A DNA stretch of 64,000 nt from IMG/VR virus record IMGVR_UViG_3300031143_000006. One strand, given 5' to 3'. The position numbers were made by a program, and so were the translations under genes. This document shows, in pieces, positions 18,680 to 28,694 of this stretch (positions are counted from its first letter, which is position 1; each line of letters starts with the position of its first letter). This DNA is from a virus. Below the pieces are notes generated by a model. That model worked only from the letters and a program-made list of their open reading frames with translations. It was not told the origin of the DNA and did no database searches.

Positions 18680-19787
18680 AAAAGATTTTACATTTGGCGA
18701 TTTAAATAAGCAACTAGCAGATTTAAATCCACTAGGATCCGTTATGGATAAATCTAGTTTCAGTGAAGTTACTGAATGGATTCATACAGGGAACTATCAT
18801 TTAAATGCGTGTGTATCAGGTTCATTATTCGGCGGATGGCCTAATAATAGATCTTGTTCAGTTGCAGGTCCTTCAGGTACTGGGAAAACATTCCTTACAT
18901 TGAATTCAGTTAGAGAGGCAATCAACATGGGTTATCATATAATCTATTATGATTCAGAAGCTGCTGTTGACAAAGAACAGATGATTAAGTTTGGTATTGA
19001 TATTACTAAAGTAAATTATCAACCAATGAATACAGTTCAAGATTTCAGAACATCTATTACTACAATTACTCAAAAGATGCAAGAGATCAAGCATAATGGC
19101 GGGAAGATTCCTAAAATCATGATTATCTTAGATTCTGCAGGTAACTTAGCAACTAGAAAAGAAATTGATGATGCTGCATCTGGTTCTGAAAAATCAGATA
19201 TGACTCGTTCTAAAATTCTTAAATCAATCTTTAGAATTATAATGACACCTTTAGCGGATCTTAAGATTCCATTCATTTTTACAAATCACACGTACCAGTC
19301 ACAGTCTTTTATTCCAATGCAAATTGCAGGTGGAGGAACAGGTCCTGAATATGCTGCATCGATTGTATTAATGTTAAACAAAGCACAGTTAAAAGACGGT
19401 GCAGATAAAGTAGGTATTATTGTTACGGCAAAACCAACCAAAAATAGATTTGCAAAACCAACCCCTATTAAATTCCACCTAAACTTTAGTGAAGGTATGA
19501 ATCCTTATGTTGGATTAGAACAATATGCAACATGGGATATTTGTGGAATTACTAAAGGAACTATTGAAAAAGGAGTTAAAACTCCTAAAGCAACAGCAAG
19601 AGGATGGATTTGCGATCACTTAGATGCAACCGTTCCTAATAAGGAATTCTTTACTGAGAAAGTATTTACAAGAGAGGTTTTAGAGAAAATTGAAAAACAC
19701 ATCAAACCAATATTTAATTACAATTCTGATTCATCAACCATGGATATAGAGGGAATGTTAGATGATATTGAAGATACTGACGAATAA
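18672..19787 (+). CDS. uvsX: RecA-family recombinase UvsX
   Basis: Walker A 'GPSGTGKTF'. 'LDSAGNLATRKE', 'SDMTRSKILKSIFRI' and 'GGGTGPEYAAS' align along the length with T4 UvsX. Confidence 0.8.
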   Translation: MAKKDFTFGDLNKQLADLNPLGSVMDKSSFSEVTEWIHTGNYHLNACVSGSLFGGWPNNRSCSVAGPSGTGKTFLTLNSVREAINMGYHIIYYDSEAAVDKEQMIKFGIDITKVNYQPMNTVQDFRTSITTITQKMQEIKHNGGKIPKIMIILDSAGNLATRKEIDDAASGSEKSDMTRSKILKSIFRIIMTPLADLKIPFIFTNHTYQSQSFIPMQIAGGGTGPEYAASIVLMLNKAQLKDGADKVGIIVTAKPTKNRFAKPTPIKFHLNFSEGMNPYVGLEQYATWDICGITKGTIEKGVKTPKATARGWICDHLDATVPNKEFFTEKVFTREVLEKIEKHIKPIFNYNSDSSTMDIEGMLDDIEDTDE

Positions 19788-20098
19788 TGAAAGTGGACGT
19801 TCATTCAATAGTTGATGACAAACTACCAATAAAATATATACTAGGCATTCAGGATCAGTTAGAAGCTTTTCCTGATGCTTATGATATTTTATACATATTC
19901 ATCAACGAAGCTGTAAGAAGGCCAGACAGACAAAAGGAAACATTTACTAAGCATGCTTTAATGAGATACCATTCAAAGGGTAACCATAAAAATGCAGAAG
20001 AAGGTTTAAAAAGAGCAATGCAATTAGGTTTAATTGAACAAGTTAAATTTGATGAAGGCAAGGAAACATACGAAATAAAAATAAACCCATACACATGA
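19787..20098 (+). CDS. hypothetical protein (103 aa)
   Basis: ORF. Confidence 0.3.
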   Translation: MKVDVHSIVDDKLPIKYILGIQDQLEAFPDAYDILYIFINEAVRRPDRQKETFTKHALMRYHSKGNHKNAEEGLKRAMQLGLIEQVKFDEGKETYEIKINPYT

Positions 20099-20667
20099 TA
20101 GCAGTATTTGACGATTTCATAAAAGATGAAAATCTAATTAAAGACATTCAAAATGATCCTAATTTCTACATACCAACAGGATATTACAAATACTGGAAAG
20201 GATGGTGGAATAAAGAACCAGAAACAGTTAAACAAAGGTTGATACAATATATATGGAAAGAACATCTTCCAATTAAATTAAATGTATCAATTGACGGATT
20301 CGAACATTGGACTGGGTTACAAATTGCTGATTCAACGGATGGTAGACGAAACTATTTAGAATTACATTTAGATGATGATGTTGCATATAGAAAGGAAACA
20401 GGAAATAGAATGTTCCCTTTATTAGGATGCGTATACTATCCCCCTGGTTTTGAATTCGAAGGCGGAGATCTTCATATCTATACAGATGGGGAAGAAAACT
20501 CGCCAGAGGTAATCAAAACAAAAGCAAACAGATTAGTTATATTTAATCCAGGTGAATTCGTTCACGGAGTATCTGAAGTAACATCAGGAACAAGAGGAGC
20601 AATTGCAATTAATATATGGTCAACAGAGCCATGGTCAGTTGGTCAAGGACATATTGTGTTAGAATAG
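20095..20667 (+). CDS. 2OG-Fe(II) oxygenase superfamily protein (P4H/PhyH-like)
   Basis: 'LHLDDD' ... 'VHGV' ... 'RGAI' is compatible with the HxD...H...R 2-His-1-carboxylate/2OG-binding arrangement in a DSBH fold. Confidence 0.4.
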   Translation: MIAVFDDFIKDENLIKDIQNDPNFYIPTGYYKYWKGWWNKEPETVKQRLIQYIWKEHLPIKLNVSIDGFEHWTGLQIADSTDGRRNYLELHLDDDVAYRKETGNRMFPLLGCVYYPPGFEFEGGDLHIYTDGEENSPEVIKTKANRLVIFNPGEFVHGVSEVTSGTRGAIAINIWSTEPWSVGQGHIVLE

Positions 20668-20721
20668 ATTGAAACTATTATGATAACATTGATATAATAC
20701 GTATACAAAAACAAATCATAT

Positions 20722-22035
20722 ATGAAATTCGGAGCAGACTTTGAAAAGATCTTTTTTAAATTATCTCTTGCTAAACCCAAGTATTTTGAAACAATAGATC
20801 GTTCGTTTTATTCATCAGACGATATAGCAATATTGCATACACTAGCATCAAAGTTCCATGCTAAATTCCATGAAACTCCATCAGTCGACCAAATGGTTGT
20901 TCTTACAAAATCACCTAAAGTTAAAGGTAAAATTGATGAGAATATCGTAGAGTTATTATATAGAGTAGATCTATTACAATATGACGAAGAGTGGTTAACT
21001 CAGACAATGGAGTCCTGGATTAAATGGAGAAACTTCGAAGGTACATTAATGGATACGATCGAATATGTTAAAACAACCGACGTAACTCCAGAGAATGTAG
21101 ACAATATAGTATCTAAAGTTAAAACATTAATTAACGAAAGAAACGCAATAACATTTAATTCAGACATTGGATTAGATTTCTTTAATGCAGACGATCACTA
21201 TAGTGAAGATAGAGTCAAAGTAAGTTCTGGTTATAACTTTTTAGATAGAGTATTAAACGGAGGTTATGATAAAGACGGTTCTTTAGTAGTTTATGTAGGA
21301 GAACAAAATATTGGTAAATCTATATTCTTAGCAAATGACGCAGCAAACTTCGTAAAGATGGGAGTAAATACAACATTCATATCTGCGGAAATGTCAGCAC
21401 CTAAAGTCTTAAAAAGAATTGGAGCTAACTTACTAAGTATTACAATGAATGAATACGATGAAAAAGCAAAGAATCGTGATTTAATAAAAAGAAAGATTGA
21501 AAACGTTGGAGATGGCCTTACACCTCCAGGGCAATTATTCATTAAACAATTTCCAACTTCACAAGCGACAGTACCAGATATTGAATCATACTTAAAGCAA
21601 ATTGAAGAAGAAAGAAGAATAAAATTAGGAGCAATAGTTATTGATTATATCAATATACTTGCAAACTACAGAAATCCAAATTCAGAAAACACATACTTAA
21701 AGATCAAGCAGATCGCTGAAGATTTAAGAGCAATGGGAACACGTAACGGTTGGTTAATTGTTACAGCGACTCAGATTAATAGAAATAACTATAATTCAAG
21801 TGATATTGGAATGGGAGATGTTGCAGAGTCTGCAGGTCTATCTCACACAGCTGATATGATGTTAGGTATTATACAAGATGACTTGATGCGATCTAGTTAT
21901 GAATATTGGTTAAAAATCCTGAAAATCAGGGATGGTGAAGGTAAGGGAACTAAGTGTAAGTTAGAAATTAATTACAACTACATGAGACTTACAGAAACCG
22001 ATGAAACTACTAACTCAAATATACACAGTTTATAA
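20722..22035 (+). CDS. replicative DNA helicase (DnaB-like, T4 gp41 homolog)
   Basis: Walker A 'GEQNIGKSIF', 'IVIDYINILA' and arginine-finger-region motifs. Size 437 aa. Confidence 0.75.
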   Translation: MKFGADFEKIFFKLSLAKPKYFETIDRSFYSSDDIAILHTLASKFHAKFHETPSVDQMVVLTKSPKVKGKIDENIVELLYRVDLLQYDEEWLTQTMESWIKWRNFEGTLMDTIEYVKTTDVTPENVDNIVSKVKTLINERNAITFNSDIGLDFFNADDHYSEDRVKVSSGYNFLDRVLNGGYDKDGSLVVYVGEQNIGKSIFLANDAANFVKMGVNTTFISAEMSAPKVLKRIGANLLSITMNEYDEKAKNRDLIKRKIENVGDGLTPPGQLFIKQFPTSQATVPDIESYLKQIEEERRIKLGAIVIDYINILANYRNPNSENTYLKIKQIAEDLRAMGTRNGWLIVTATQINRNNYNSSDIGMGDVAESAGLSHTADMMLGIIQDDLMRSSYEYWLKILKIRDGEGKGTKCKLEINYNYMRLTETDETTNSNIHSL

Positions 22036-22511
22036 TGTCAGGAGAAAAAGAACAGAAAGATTCTCAAGGGAGAACTAAAAGAGATAAAATATTCGATAAT
22101 ACATTCGAAGAAACAGACTACGAATTCGATACGTCAATGTCATTTGCATTAGCGCCAAGAGCAGTAGATAATAGATCTGAAGAAGATAAGTTAGAAACAA
22201 ATTTAATTGCAACAGAGCTACATGATTTAATCATGAATTCTAGATTTAAGAAGTTTAATGTCATTGACGAATTTCAACAAACCGTCAAATTAAATAAAAT
22301 CGACATTAACGAGGTTTATGAATTTATATCTGGAGAAACAAAACAAGCACATTCACTTGTTGACGTATTTTCTGAGATGTGCGATTACTTTAATGTAAAT
22401 CCAACTAGATTCTACCAATCACTCGGTAACAAATTCAAAGAAGAGCTAATCGAAGAATTAGACGCAAGAACAAATATACTAAAAAAGAAAAATATCAATA
22501 GATTGTTTTAA
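22035..22511 (+). CDS. hypothetical protein (158 aa)
   Basis: ORF. Confidence 0.3.
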   Translation: MSGEKEQKDSQGRTKRDKIFDNTFEETDYEFDTSMSFALAPRAVDNRSEEDKLETNLIATELHDLIMNSRFKKFNVIDEFQQTVKLNKIDINEVYEFISGETKQAHSLVDVFSEMCDYFNVNPTRFYQSLGNKFKEELIEELDARTNILKKKNINRLF

Positions 22512-22512
22512 T

Positions 22513-23628
22513 ATGATTGAAAGTAAAATCTTAAAGAAGCCTGTAAAAAGGATCTGGGTTTTAGGTGATATGCACTTAGGCGTTCGTTCGAATTCTATGG
22601 AATGGTTAGACATTCAAAAAGACTTTTATGAAAACGTATTTATACCAACCCTAAAAGAAAAAGTTAGACCCGGGGATATATTAGTCCAGGTTGGAGATGC
22701 CTTTGATAATAGACAGAGTATTAATTTAAAAGTATTAAATTATGCTGTAAATCTATTTGAAAGATTAGGTGAAATCCTACCAACGCATGTTATATGCGGT
22801 AACCATGATATATGGGCAAAGAAGAGTAACGATGTTACTTCAATTGATTCACTTAAATGGATTCCAAATGTACAGATCTATAAAGAACCTAAGTTGTTTA
22901 AATGGGGAGAGAAGAATGTATTGTTAATGCCATGGCGAAGAGATACCGAGCATGAGGTTGAAACTCTTGCAGATTTCCCTCAAGCAAATATGGTATTTTG
23001 TCATTCAGAGGTTCGTGGAATTAAACTTAATTCAAAGGTTACAAATCTACATGGAGTCGAGGCAAATTCATATGATCAGTTTGACGGAGTTTGGTCAGGA
23101 CATATACACTATAGACAAAAGAAAGGAAAACTAAGAATGGTTGGAGTTCCTTACCAATTAACAAGATCTGATGCAAACAATGTAAAAGGATTCGATTTAA
23201 TTGATTTAAAGGATATGTCAGAAACTTTCTTTGAAAATGATAGATCACCTAAGTTTGTCAAAGCGTATTTAACAAGTCTATATAATGTATCTCTTGGTGA
23301 ATTTAAAGAAGAGATTAGAAATAACTTCGTTGATTTATTTATACCATCACACATAGCAGCTACGACTTCACTATCTAAATTTATTAATCAAATTCAAAAT
23401 GTAGGGAGAAGAATAGAACCTAACATATACGAACAAGACACATTTATAGATAAGGATATGTATGACATGGAGGAAATTGAAGATCTTTATAAGAACTACA
23501 ATATCTTACACTTATGTAATATGTATATTGATGGAATGCAGAAGGATGATGAAACAAAAGCACAAATCAAGGATAGAATAAAGAGATTGCACGACTTATG
23601 TGCTTATAATTACGATAGCGAACAATGA
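22513..23628 (+). CDS. recombination nuclease subunit gp47 (Mre11/SbcD-like phosphoesterase)
   Basis: 'VLGDMHLG', 'VQVGDAFDN' and 'CGNHD' are calcineurin-like phosphoesterase motifs. Confidence 0.75.
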   Translation: MIESKILKKPVKRIWVLGDMHLGVRSNSMEWLDIQKDFYENVFIPTLKEKVRPGDILVQVGDAFDNRQSINLKVLNYAVNLFERLGEILPTHVICGNHDIWAKKSNDVTSIDSLKWIPNVQIYKEPKLFKWGEKNVLLMPWRRDTEHEVETLADFPQANMVFCHSEVRGIKLNSKVTNLHGVEANSYDQFDGVWSGHIHYRQKKGKLRMVGVPYQLTRSDANNVKGFDLIDLKDMSETFFENDRSPKFVKAYLTSLYNVSLGEFKEEIRNNFVDLFIPSHIAATTSLSKFINQIQNVGRRIEPNIYEQDTFIDKDMYDMEEIEDLYKNYNILHLCNMYIDGMQKDDETKAQIKDRIKRLHDLCAYNYDSEQ

Positions 23629-25298
23629 GAATCCAATCAATAGAATTTAAGAACTTTGCAAGTTACGGAAATGCAATTCAACGGTTAGAATTTGAAGAAG
23701 ACCATTCAGAATTATTCCTAACACTTGGTAAAAACGGCCACGGAAAGACGACAATCGCTAACGCGATAGTTTTTGCGTTATATGGAAAAGTAGAAGGAGT
23801 TAAAATGTCTGATCTGCCTAACCGTATTAATAAAGAATTATGGGTAAAGATTAATCTACAATGTAAAACCACAGAAGTTTCAATAGAACGTGGATTAGCA
23901 CCTAGTAAATTTGAAGTAAAGCTTAATGGTATTGAATTCGATAAAGCAGGGAAAAGATCTGTTCAAGAATATTTAGAAGAGGAAATCTTCGGAATTCCAT
24001 ATCATGTATTTAAGAATATTATTATATTGTCAGTTAATGATTTCAAATCGTTTTTAACAATGACTAATAATGATAAGAAGCAAATTATCGATAAGATGTT
24101 TGGTTTCTCTATTCTTAATGAAATGCAACAATCAATCAAAGAAGAACGTAAAGGTCTAAAGGTTGATTTAGATTCGTATGAAAGAGAATTGACTCAGTTG
24201 AATGAGAATATCACTTCAGTTAATATGAAACTTAATGAATTGATGGCGGAATCTGACCAGAAGGACAAGAAAAGAATTCAAGAATTAAAAGATTCATTAA
24301 TCAAATACACAGATAATAGAAACAAATTAGAAACCGCTCAAACTGCAATTTCAAAGAGTTTAGGAAATGTCTCAGTAGATTTAAGATCCGCACAAGATGA
24401 TAAATCAAAACTTAATTATGAATTAACTTCTCTTAGAAAGAAATTAAGTTTATATGAAAGTAATGCATGTCCAACTTGTGAAGGAGAGCTTTCTACTGAA
24501 TTTCATGCAGATCGTAAATTAGAAATAAAAAATAAAGTAGAGCAATTGCCTTCGCAAATTAATATAGAATCAGCGAGAGTAATACAAATAGAAGAAGACA
24601 TACAAACACTACAAAGTAAAGATAGAGCAGTTAGAGATAAAGTTTCAACTATTAATACTAACATTAGAAATCTTAAGGGAGAACTAATAAAGATTAAAGA
24701 TTCTTTAAATAACGGTGATAGCTTTGCACACATGCAATCTTTGATAGATGGTTTCACTACACAAGAAACGAAGAAGACTAAAAATAAATCAAAGGTTAAT
24801 AGTGAATATTACTTCCTAGAAAATCTTGAAGAAATTCTAGGAGAAGATGGAGTTAAGAATCTTGCAGTTAAAACTATTCTACCAGGTCTAAATACGAATA
24901 TAGCGGCAATGGCACAGACCATGCACCTTTCATTCCATATTAGATTTGATGAAAAATTCAATTGTATTATTAATCATTTAGGTGAGGAAATTAATCCACT
25001 TACCCTTTCGACAGGAGAACGTAAAAAAGCAGATTTCATTATTATCATTGCAATCATTAAAATACTTAAATTGAGATTTCCACAGCTAAACTTGTTATTC
25101 TTAGATGAGTTGCTTAGTTCGGTTGATGCTGACGGAGTTCATAATATTTTAAAGATACTAAGTCAGGTTATTAAGGAAAGTAAAATCAACACATTTGTGA
25201 TAAATCACTCAGTGCTGCCTCATGAATTATTTGATAAAAAAATACAAATATATAAAGAGAACGGTTTCTCTAAATTCGATATTGAGACTATAGAGTAA
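23625..25298 (+). CDS. recombination ATPase gp46 (Rad50/SbcC-like)
   Basis: Walker A 'GKNGHGKTT', zinc hook 'CPTCEG', ABC signature 'LSTGERKK', Walker B / D-loop 'LFLDELLSSVD' and coiled coils. Confidence 0.8.
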   Translation: MRIQSIEFKNFASYGNAIQRLEFEEDHSELFLTLGKNGHGKTTIANAIVFALYGKVEGVKMSDLPNRINKELWVKINLQCKTTEVSIERGLAPSKFEVKLNGIEFDKAGKRSVQEYLEEEIFGIPYHVFKNIIILSVNDFKSFLTMTNNDKKQIIDKMFGFSILNEMQQSIKEERKGLKVDLDSYERELTQLNENITSVNMKLNELMAESDQKDKKRIQELKDSLIKYTDNRNKLETAQTAISKSLGNVSVDLRSAQDDKSKLNYELTSLRKKLSLYESNACPTCEGELSTEFHADRKLEIKNKVEQLPSQINIESARVIQIEEDIQTLQSKDRAVRDKVSTINTNIRNLKGELIKIKDSLNNGDSFAHMQSLIDGFTTQETKKTKNKSKVNSEYYFLENLEEILGEDGVKNLAVKTILPGLNTNIAAMAQTMHLSFHIRFDEKFNCIINHLGEEINPLTLSTGERKKADFIIIIAIIKILKLRFPQLNLLFLDELLSSVDADGVHNILKILSQVIKESKINTFVINHSVLPHELFDKKIQIYKENGFSKFDIETIE

Positions 25299-25312
25299 TA
25301 TACAAAAATACA

Positions 25313-26578
25313 ATGGCATCATACAATTTAAAATATAATAACGATGATAGCGTAATAAGACATGTTATTATTGGTCTATTGGCTGATTTAAATAACAAGG
25401 TTTATTTTCATCGACAAGCAACTGCAGATTCTAGAACGGTAATTGATGTTCCGTTTTATTATGCTATAACAGGGGATGATCAGTTTTTACGAGATAATTT
25501 CTTATTCAAAACAGCATCAGGTGCAGATTGCCATCCAGATATTGCATTTGCAGACGCAAACTATGATGTAGTTCCAAGAGGAGTTGTTAATTTAACAGGA
25601 ATGTCAATAGACTCAGGAAAACTAGTTAATAAGCGTAATATGGGAACATATACTAAAATGAATGCTGAAGGAGCTATGGAAGGCTATCAGGCAGAGTTTG
25701 AGATGGTTCCTATCACACTAAGTGTAGATGTTGAAATATTAGTTAGTTCTACATTGGATGCATTCAAGATCACTGAAATGCTTATCAAGCGTTTGTATAA
25801 ATCAAATTATTTTAACGTTGAAGTAGGTCATTTAGACGAGGCAACATATAGATTAAGTTCTTATTATTCAATGCCAGACGATTACGATGTACAAAAACCA
25901 ATTGATTTCACATTTGATGATAAGGACAAATATAAGATAACATTTCCAATAGAAATAAATACATTTATTCCATCATTTGAATGGGAAACTGAAACGCATG
26001 TTGGAAATAGAATGTATGAAATTAACACGAAAACAGTTTCAGCAAATGGATCAGATAACAAGCAAAAAGAAACAGTTACTGTAAATTCTAACGGTGCAAC
26101 ATCGGTTCAATCAACATCATTAGATGACACTAATCCAAATGCAGGTGGAGCAAGTGATATCCCAAAACACACAGGATGTTTAGTACAATTACCAATTACC
26201 AGAAGTGCTGGAGATAATCCTGATCCTTCTGGACTTTTACACATGGTTAATGTTACTTTATTAAACGGATCTTCCTTTACATTCGATGATAGGCTTTTAA
26301 CAACACCACATGCTTTTGATAATTCAAATACAGTAGGTAGGATTGAAGCTCCGGGAACATTAGATGGTCTTGTAGGTTTTAATACAAAATCAATGTTAAC
26401 AAACCCAACAGGTGATATTCAATTATATGAACCAAACTATGTATTTAGAATCAATAAAATTCCTAAAGGTATTTATACACTAGATGGAACATACGTTAAA
26501 ATGATAGGTATTTTAGATGCAGGTGGAAATACTATTCCATTTAATTCAACAAATAGCCCTGGATCATTTTGTATTTAA
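25313..26578 (+). CDS. hypothetical protein (421 aa) with a Ser/Thr/Asn-rich C-terminus; possibly structural
   Basis: ORF. Confidence 0.35.
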   Translation: MASYNLKYNNDDSVIRHVIIGLLADLNNKVYFHRQATADSRTVIDVPFYYAITGDDQFLRDNFLFKTASGADCHPDIAFADANYDVVPRGVVNLTGMSIDSGKLVNKRNMGTYTKMNAEGAMEGYQAEFEMVPITLSVDVEILVSSTLDAFKITEMLIKRLYKSNYFNVEVGHLDEATYRLSSYYSMPDDYDVQKPIDFTFDDKDKYKITFPIEINTFIPSFEWETETHVGNRMYEINTKTVSANGSDNKQKETVTVNSNGATSVQSTSLDDTNPNAGGASDIPKHTGCLVQLPITRSAGDNPDPSGLLHMVNVTLLNGSSFTFDDRLLTTPHAFDNSNTVGRIEAPGTLDGLVGFNTKSMLTNPTGDIQLYEPNYVFRINKIPKGIYTLDGTYVKMIGILDAGGNTIPFNSTNSPGSFCI

Positions 26579-26644
26579 ATAGAAAGAATCATTATTTTTC
26601 TAAGATATATAATAAAATAAAGAAAATAAAACAAATATAAAATT

Positions 26645-26932
26645 ATGAAACACGTAAAATTATTCGAAGCATTTACTTCAACATTAAACGAAGGAAATTC
26701 ATTCAAGAAAGAACTTAAAATTTTAAACAAGGAATATAACAAGGTGGATTCTGACGGTGAATCAATAACAGTATGGGATTTTCAAGAATCTGAAGACTAT
26801 GCCGTAGTATTTACATGGGATGTTGAAGAAGAATCAGTAATTGGTGAAGATCAAAAAAAGGCAAGATCTGACGAAGGAGAAGATATTAAAACTGCACAAG
26901 ATTTTATCGACTTTATCGATGATCACATATAA
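26645..26932 (+). CDS. hypothetical acidic protein with the conserved N-terminal MKHVKLFEAF...TLNE|G
   Basis: The N-terminal motif is shared with ORFs 5772, 30919 and 35450. The gene is preceded by the late-promoter-like ATATATAATAAAA. Confidence 0.35.
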   Translation: MKHVKLFEAFTSTLNEGNSFKKELKILNKEYNKVDSDGESITVWDFQESEDYAVVFTWDVEEESVIGEDQKKARSDEGEDIKTAQDFIDFIDDHI

Positions 26933-26958
26933 CATTAATAAAAACAAAACAAATTAAT

Positions 26959-27711
26959 ATGAAGACTAATATTTTAGCACCTTTTGTAAAAACAGAAGAA
27001 TCATTTAAATTTTACGTAAATGGTAGAGTTTTTGAAATGATCAATAATACTATTACTGAAACTGAAAACGTAGATTCTACTTTAAAGAATGCAATTGCTG
27101 CATTTGAATCGTTTGAATTCGCAACATCAACAGTAAAATGGTTCCATGGAGCCTCTAAATTTACTTATAGCTTAACTGAAAATACATTCTCAATTGGAGA
27201 TGTAGTTGTTGAAAACTTTACAGATCATGTATTATCTGCAGGATTAGTAAGATATGAAAACAAAGCAACTGCAGAGTTATTCGAATCTATTTCAACAATG
27301 GTAGAAAACTTTGTATCTTTAGATTTCGCAGCAACATTTGAAGGAAACGACAATATTGTTAACTTATTTAAAATCGAAGAAAAAGTTTATGTTTCTAGAT
27401 TTAACACAACAAACAGAATTGCAAAATTCTTTGAAGCTACTAACGCAAATGCAGCAGTAGATTTCGTAACTGAACAAACAGGTTTATCAGCTGCTACTTT
27501 CTTAAATGAATTAGTAGATGGACAAGCTCTAGAAATTGCACAGAACGAAGCAAAGATAGTTTCTTATCAAGATATGATCGCATTCTTGAAAGATCAAAGA
27601 GGTTTATTAGCAGAGGCTGATAAGTCTGTTGAAGAAATCAAAGCCGCTGATATTTTAATCAACGAAGAAATTTCTACTTGGGAAACTAAGATTGCTGATT
27701 TAAAAGCATAA
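26959..27711 (+). CDS. hypothetical protein (250 aa), probably an abundant virion or assembly protein
   Basis: Followed by a strong terminator. Confidence 0.4.
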   Translation: MKTNILAPFVKTEESFKFYVNGRVFEMINNTITETENVDSTLKNAIAAFESFEFATSTVKWFHGASKFTYSLTENTFSIGDVVVENFTDHVLSAGLVRYENKATAELFESISTMVENFVSLDFAATFEGNDNIVNLFKIEEKVYVSRFNTTNRIAKFFEATNANAAVDFVTEQTGLSAATFLNELVDGQALEIAQNEAKIVSYQDMIAFLKDQRGLLAEADKSVEEIKAADILINEEISTWETKIADLKA

Positions 27712-27724
27712 TTCTAACAAACAA

Positions 27725-27757
27725 CATTATTTAAAAAAAGGAGCTTCGGTTCCTTTT
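27725..27757 (+). terminator. intrinsic terminator (aaaaagga-gcttcggt-tccttttt plus T tract)
   Basis: 8-bp stem followed by TTTTTGTTTTTT. Confidence 0.6.
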
Positions 27758-27827
27758 TTGTTTTTTAAACAAAAGGCATTTATGGTGTATAACTCTTAAT
27801 TAAACACAAATAATATACATATACAGC

Positions 27828-28202
27828 GTGGCTAGAAAAAAGAATTACCTAAACAATAAAGACCTCTATAACGAGATGGTACTTTCAAAGGATGCAGATA
27901 AGTTAACGAAAACAGCGGAGAAGATGTTAATATTGTTAGCAGAAAAAACTATAAATAAAATGAGATATGTTAGTGAGGATGATCGTAATGACTGTCTTCA
28001 ATTTGCAATGTTAGATCTTCTTAAATACTGGAGAAACTTCAATCCAAAATATCCAAATGCTTTTGCATACTTTACAGAGATTGCAAAACGTGGATATGCT
28101 AAAGGATGGAATAAAATACACCCTCAAAAATACAAAGGAACAATATCAATTACTGGAAACGGTGGAGGTGATGGAGAACATTCAGGAATATACACATTAT
28201 AA
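27828..28202 (+). CDS. late-transcription sigma factor (T4 gp55 homolog), GTG start
   Basis: 'NYLNNKDL' and 'NFNPKYPNAFAYFTEIAKRGY' resemble T4 gp55 'NYVNNKEL' and '[22 protein letters not shown]' (T4 sequence from memory). The gene is adjacent to the gp4 homolog. Confidence 0.5.
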   Translation: MARKKNYLNNKDLYNEMVLSKDADKLTKTAEKMLILLAEKTINKMRYVSEDDRNDCLQFAMLDLLKYWRNFNPKYPNAFAYFTEIAKRGYAKGWNKIHPQKYKGTISITGNGGGDGEHSGIYTL

Positions 28203-28694
28203 ATGTCTATAAAGAATGTCAAACCAACAAAGAATTCTGGATTCAACCAAGGATATTATATCCCGGCCTTTCCTAAAAAATACATAGGTCCCACTCCAAT
28301 AATATATAGGAGCTCATGGGAACGTAAATTCTGCGTATGGTGTGATAATAATGACAAGGTATTGAATTGGTCAAGTGAGCCCCTAGAAATTAAGTATTGG
28401 TCTAGGCAAGATAATAAGGCACATAAGTATTATCCAGACTTTTATTTTAAGCAAATACAACCCGATGGTAATACATTAGAATATGTTGTAGAAATTAAAC
28501 CAAAAGCACAGATAACTAAACCACAGCCTCCAAAGAATCCTTCTAAAAAATCTATCCAGTCATATAAGTTCTTAGCGGAACAGTATGTTAAAAATATGGA
28601 TAAATATAATGCAGCACTAGAGTTTTGCGAAGGAAGAGGTTATAAATTTATTGTTTTAACTGAAGATACTATATTAAAGAATGGGTTACGTTAA
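28203..28694 (+). CDS. head completion protein (T4 gp4 homolog, PD-(D/E)xK fold)
   Basis: 'IIYRSSWERKFCVWCDNN', 'YYPDFYF' and 'EYVVEIKP' resemble T4 gp4. Confidence 0.55.
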   Translation: MSIKNVKPTKNSGFNQGYYIPAFPKKYIGPTPIIYRSSWERKFCVWCDNNDKVLNWSSEPLEIKYWSRQDNKAHKYYPDFYFKQIQPDGNTLEYVVEIKPKAQITKPQPPKNPSKKSIQSYKFLAEQYVKNMDKYNAALEFCEGRGYKFIVLTEDTILKNGLR

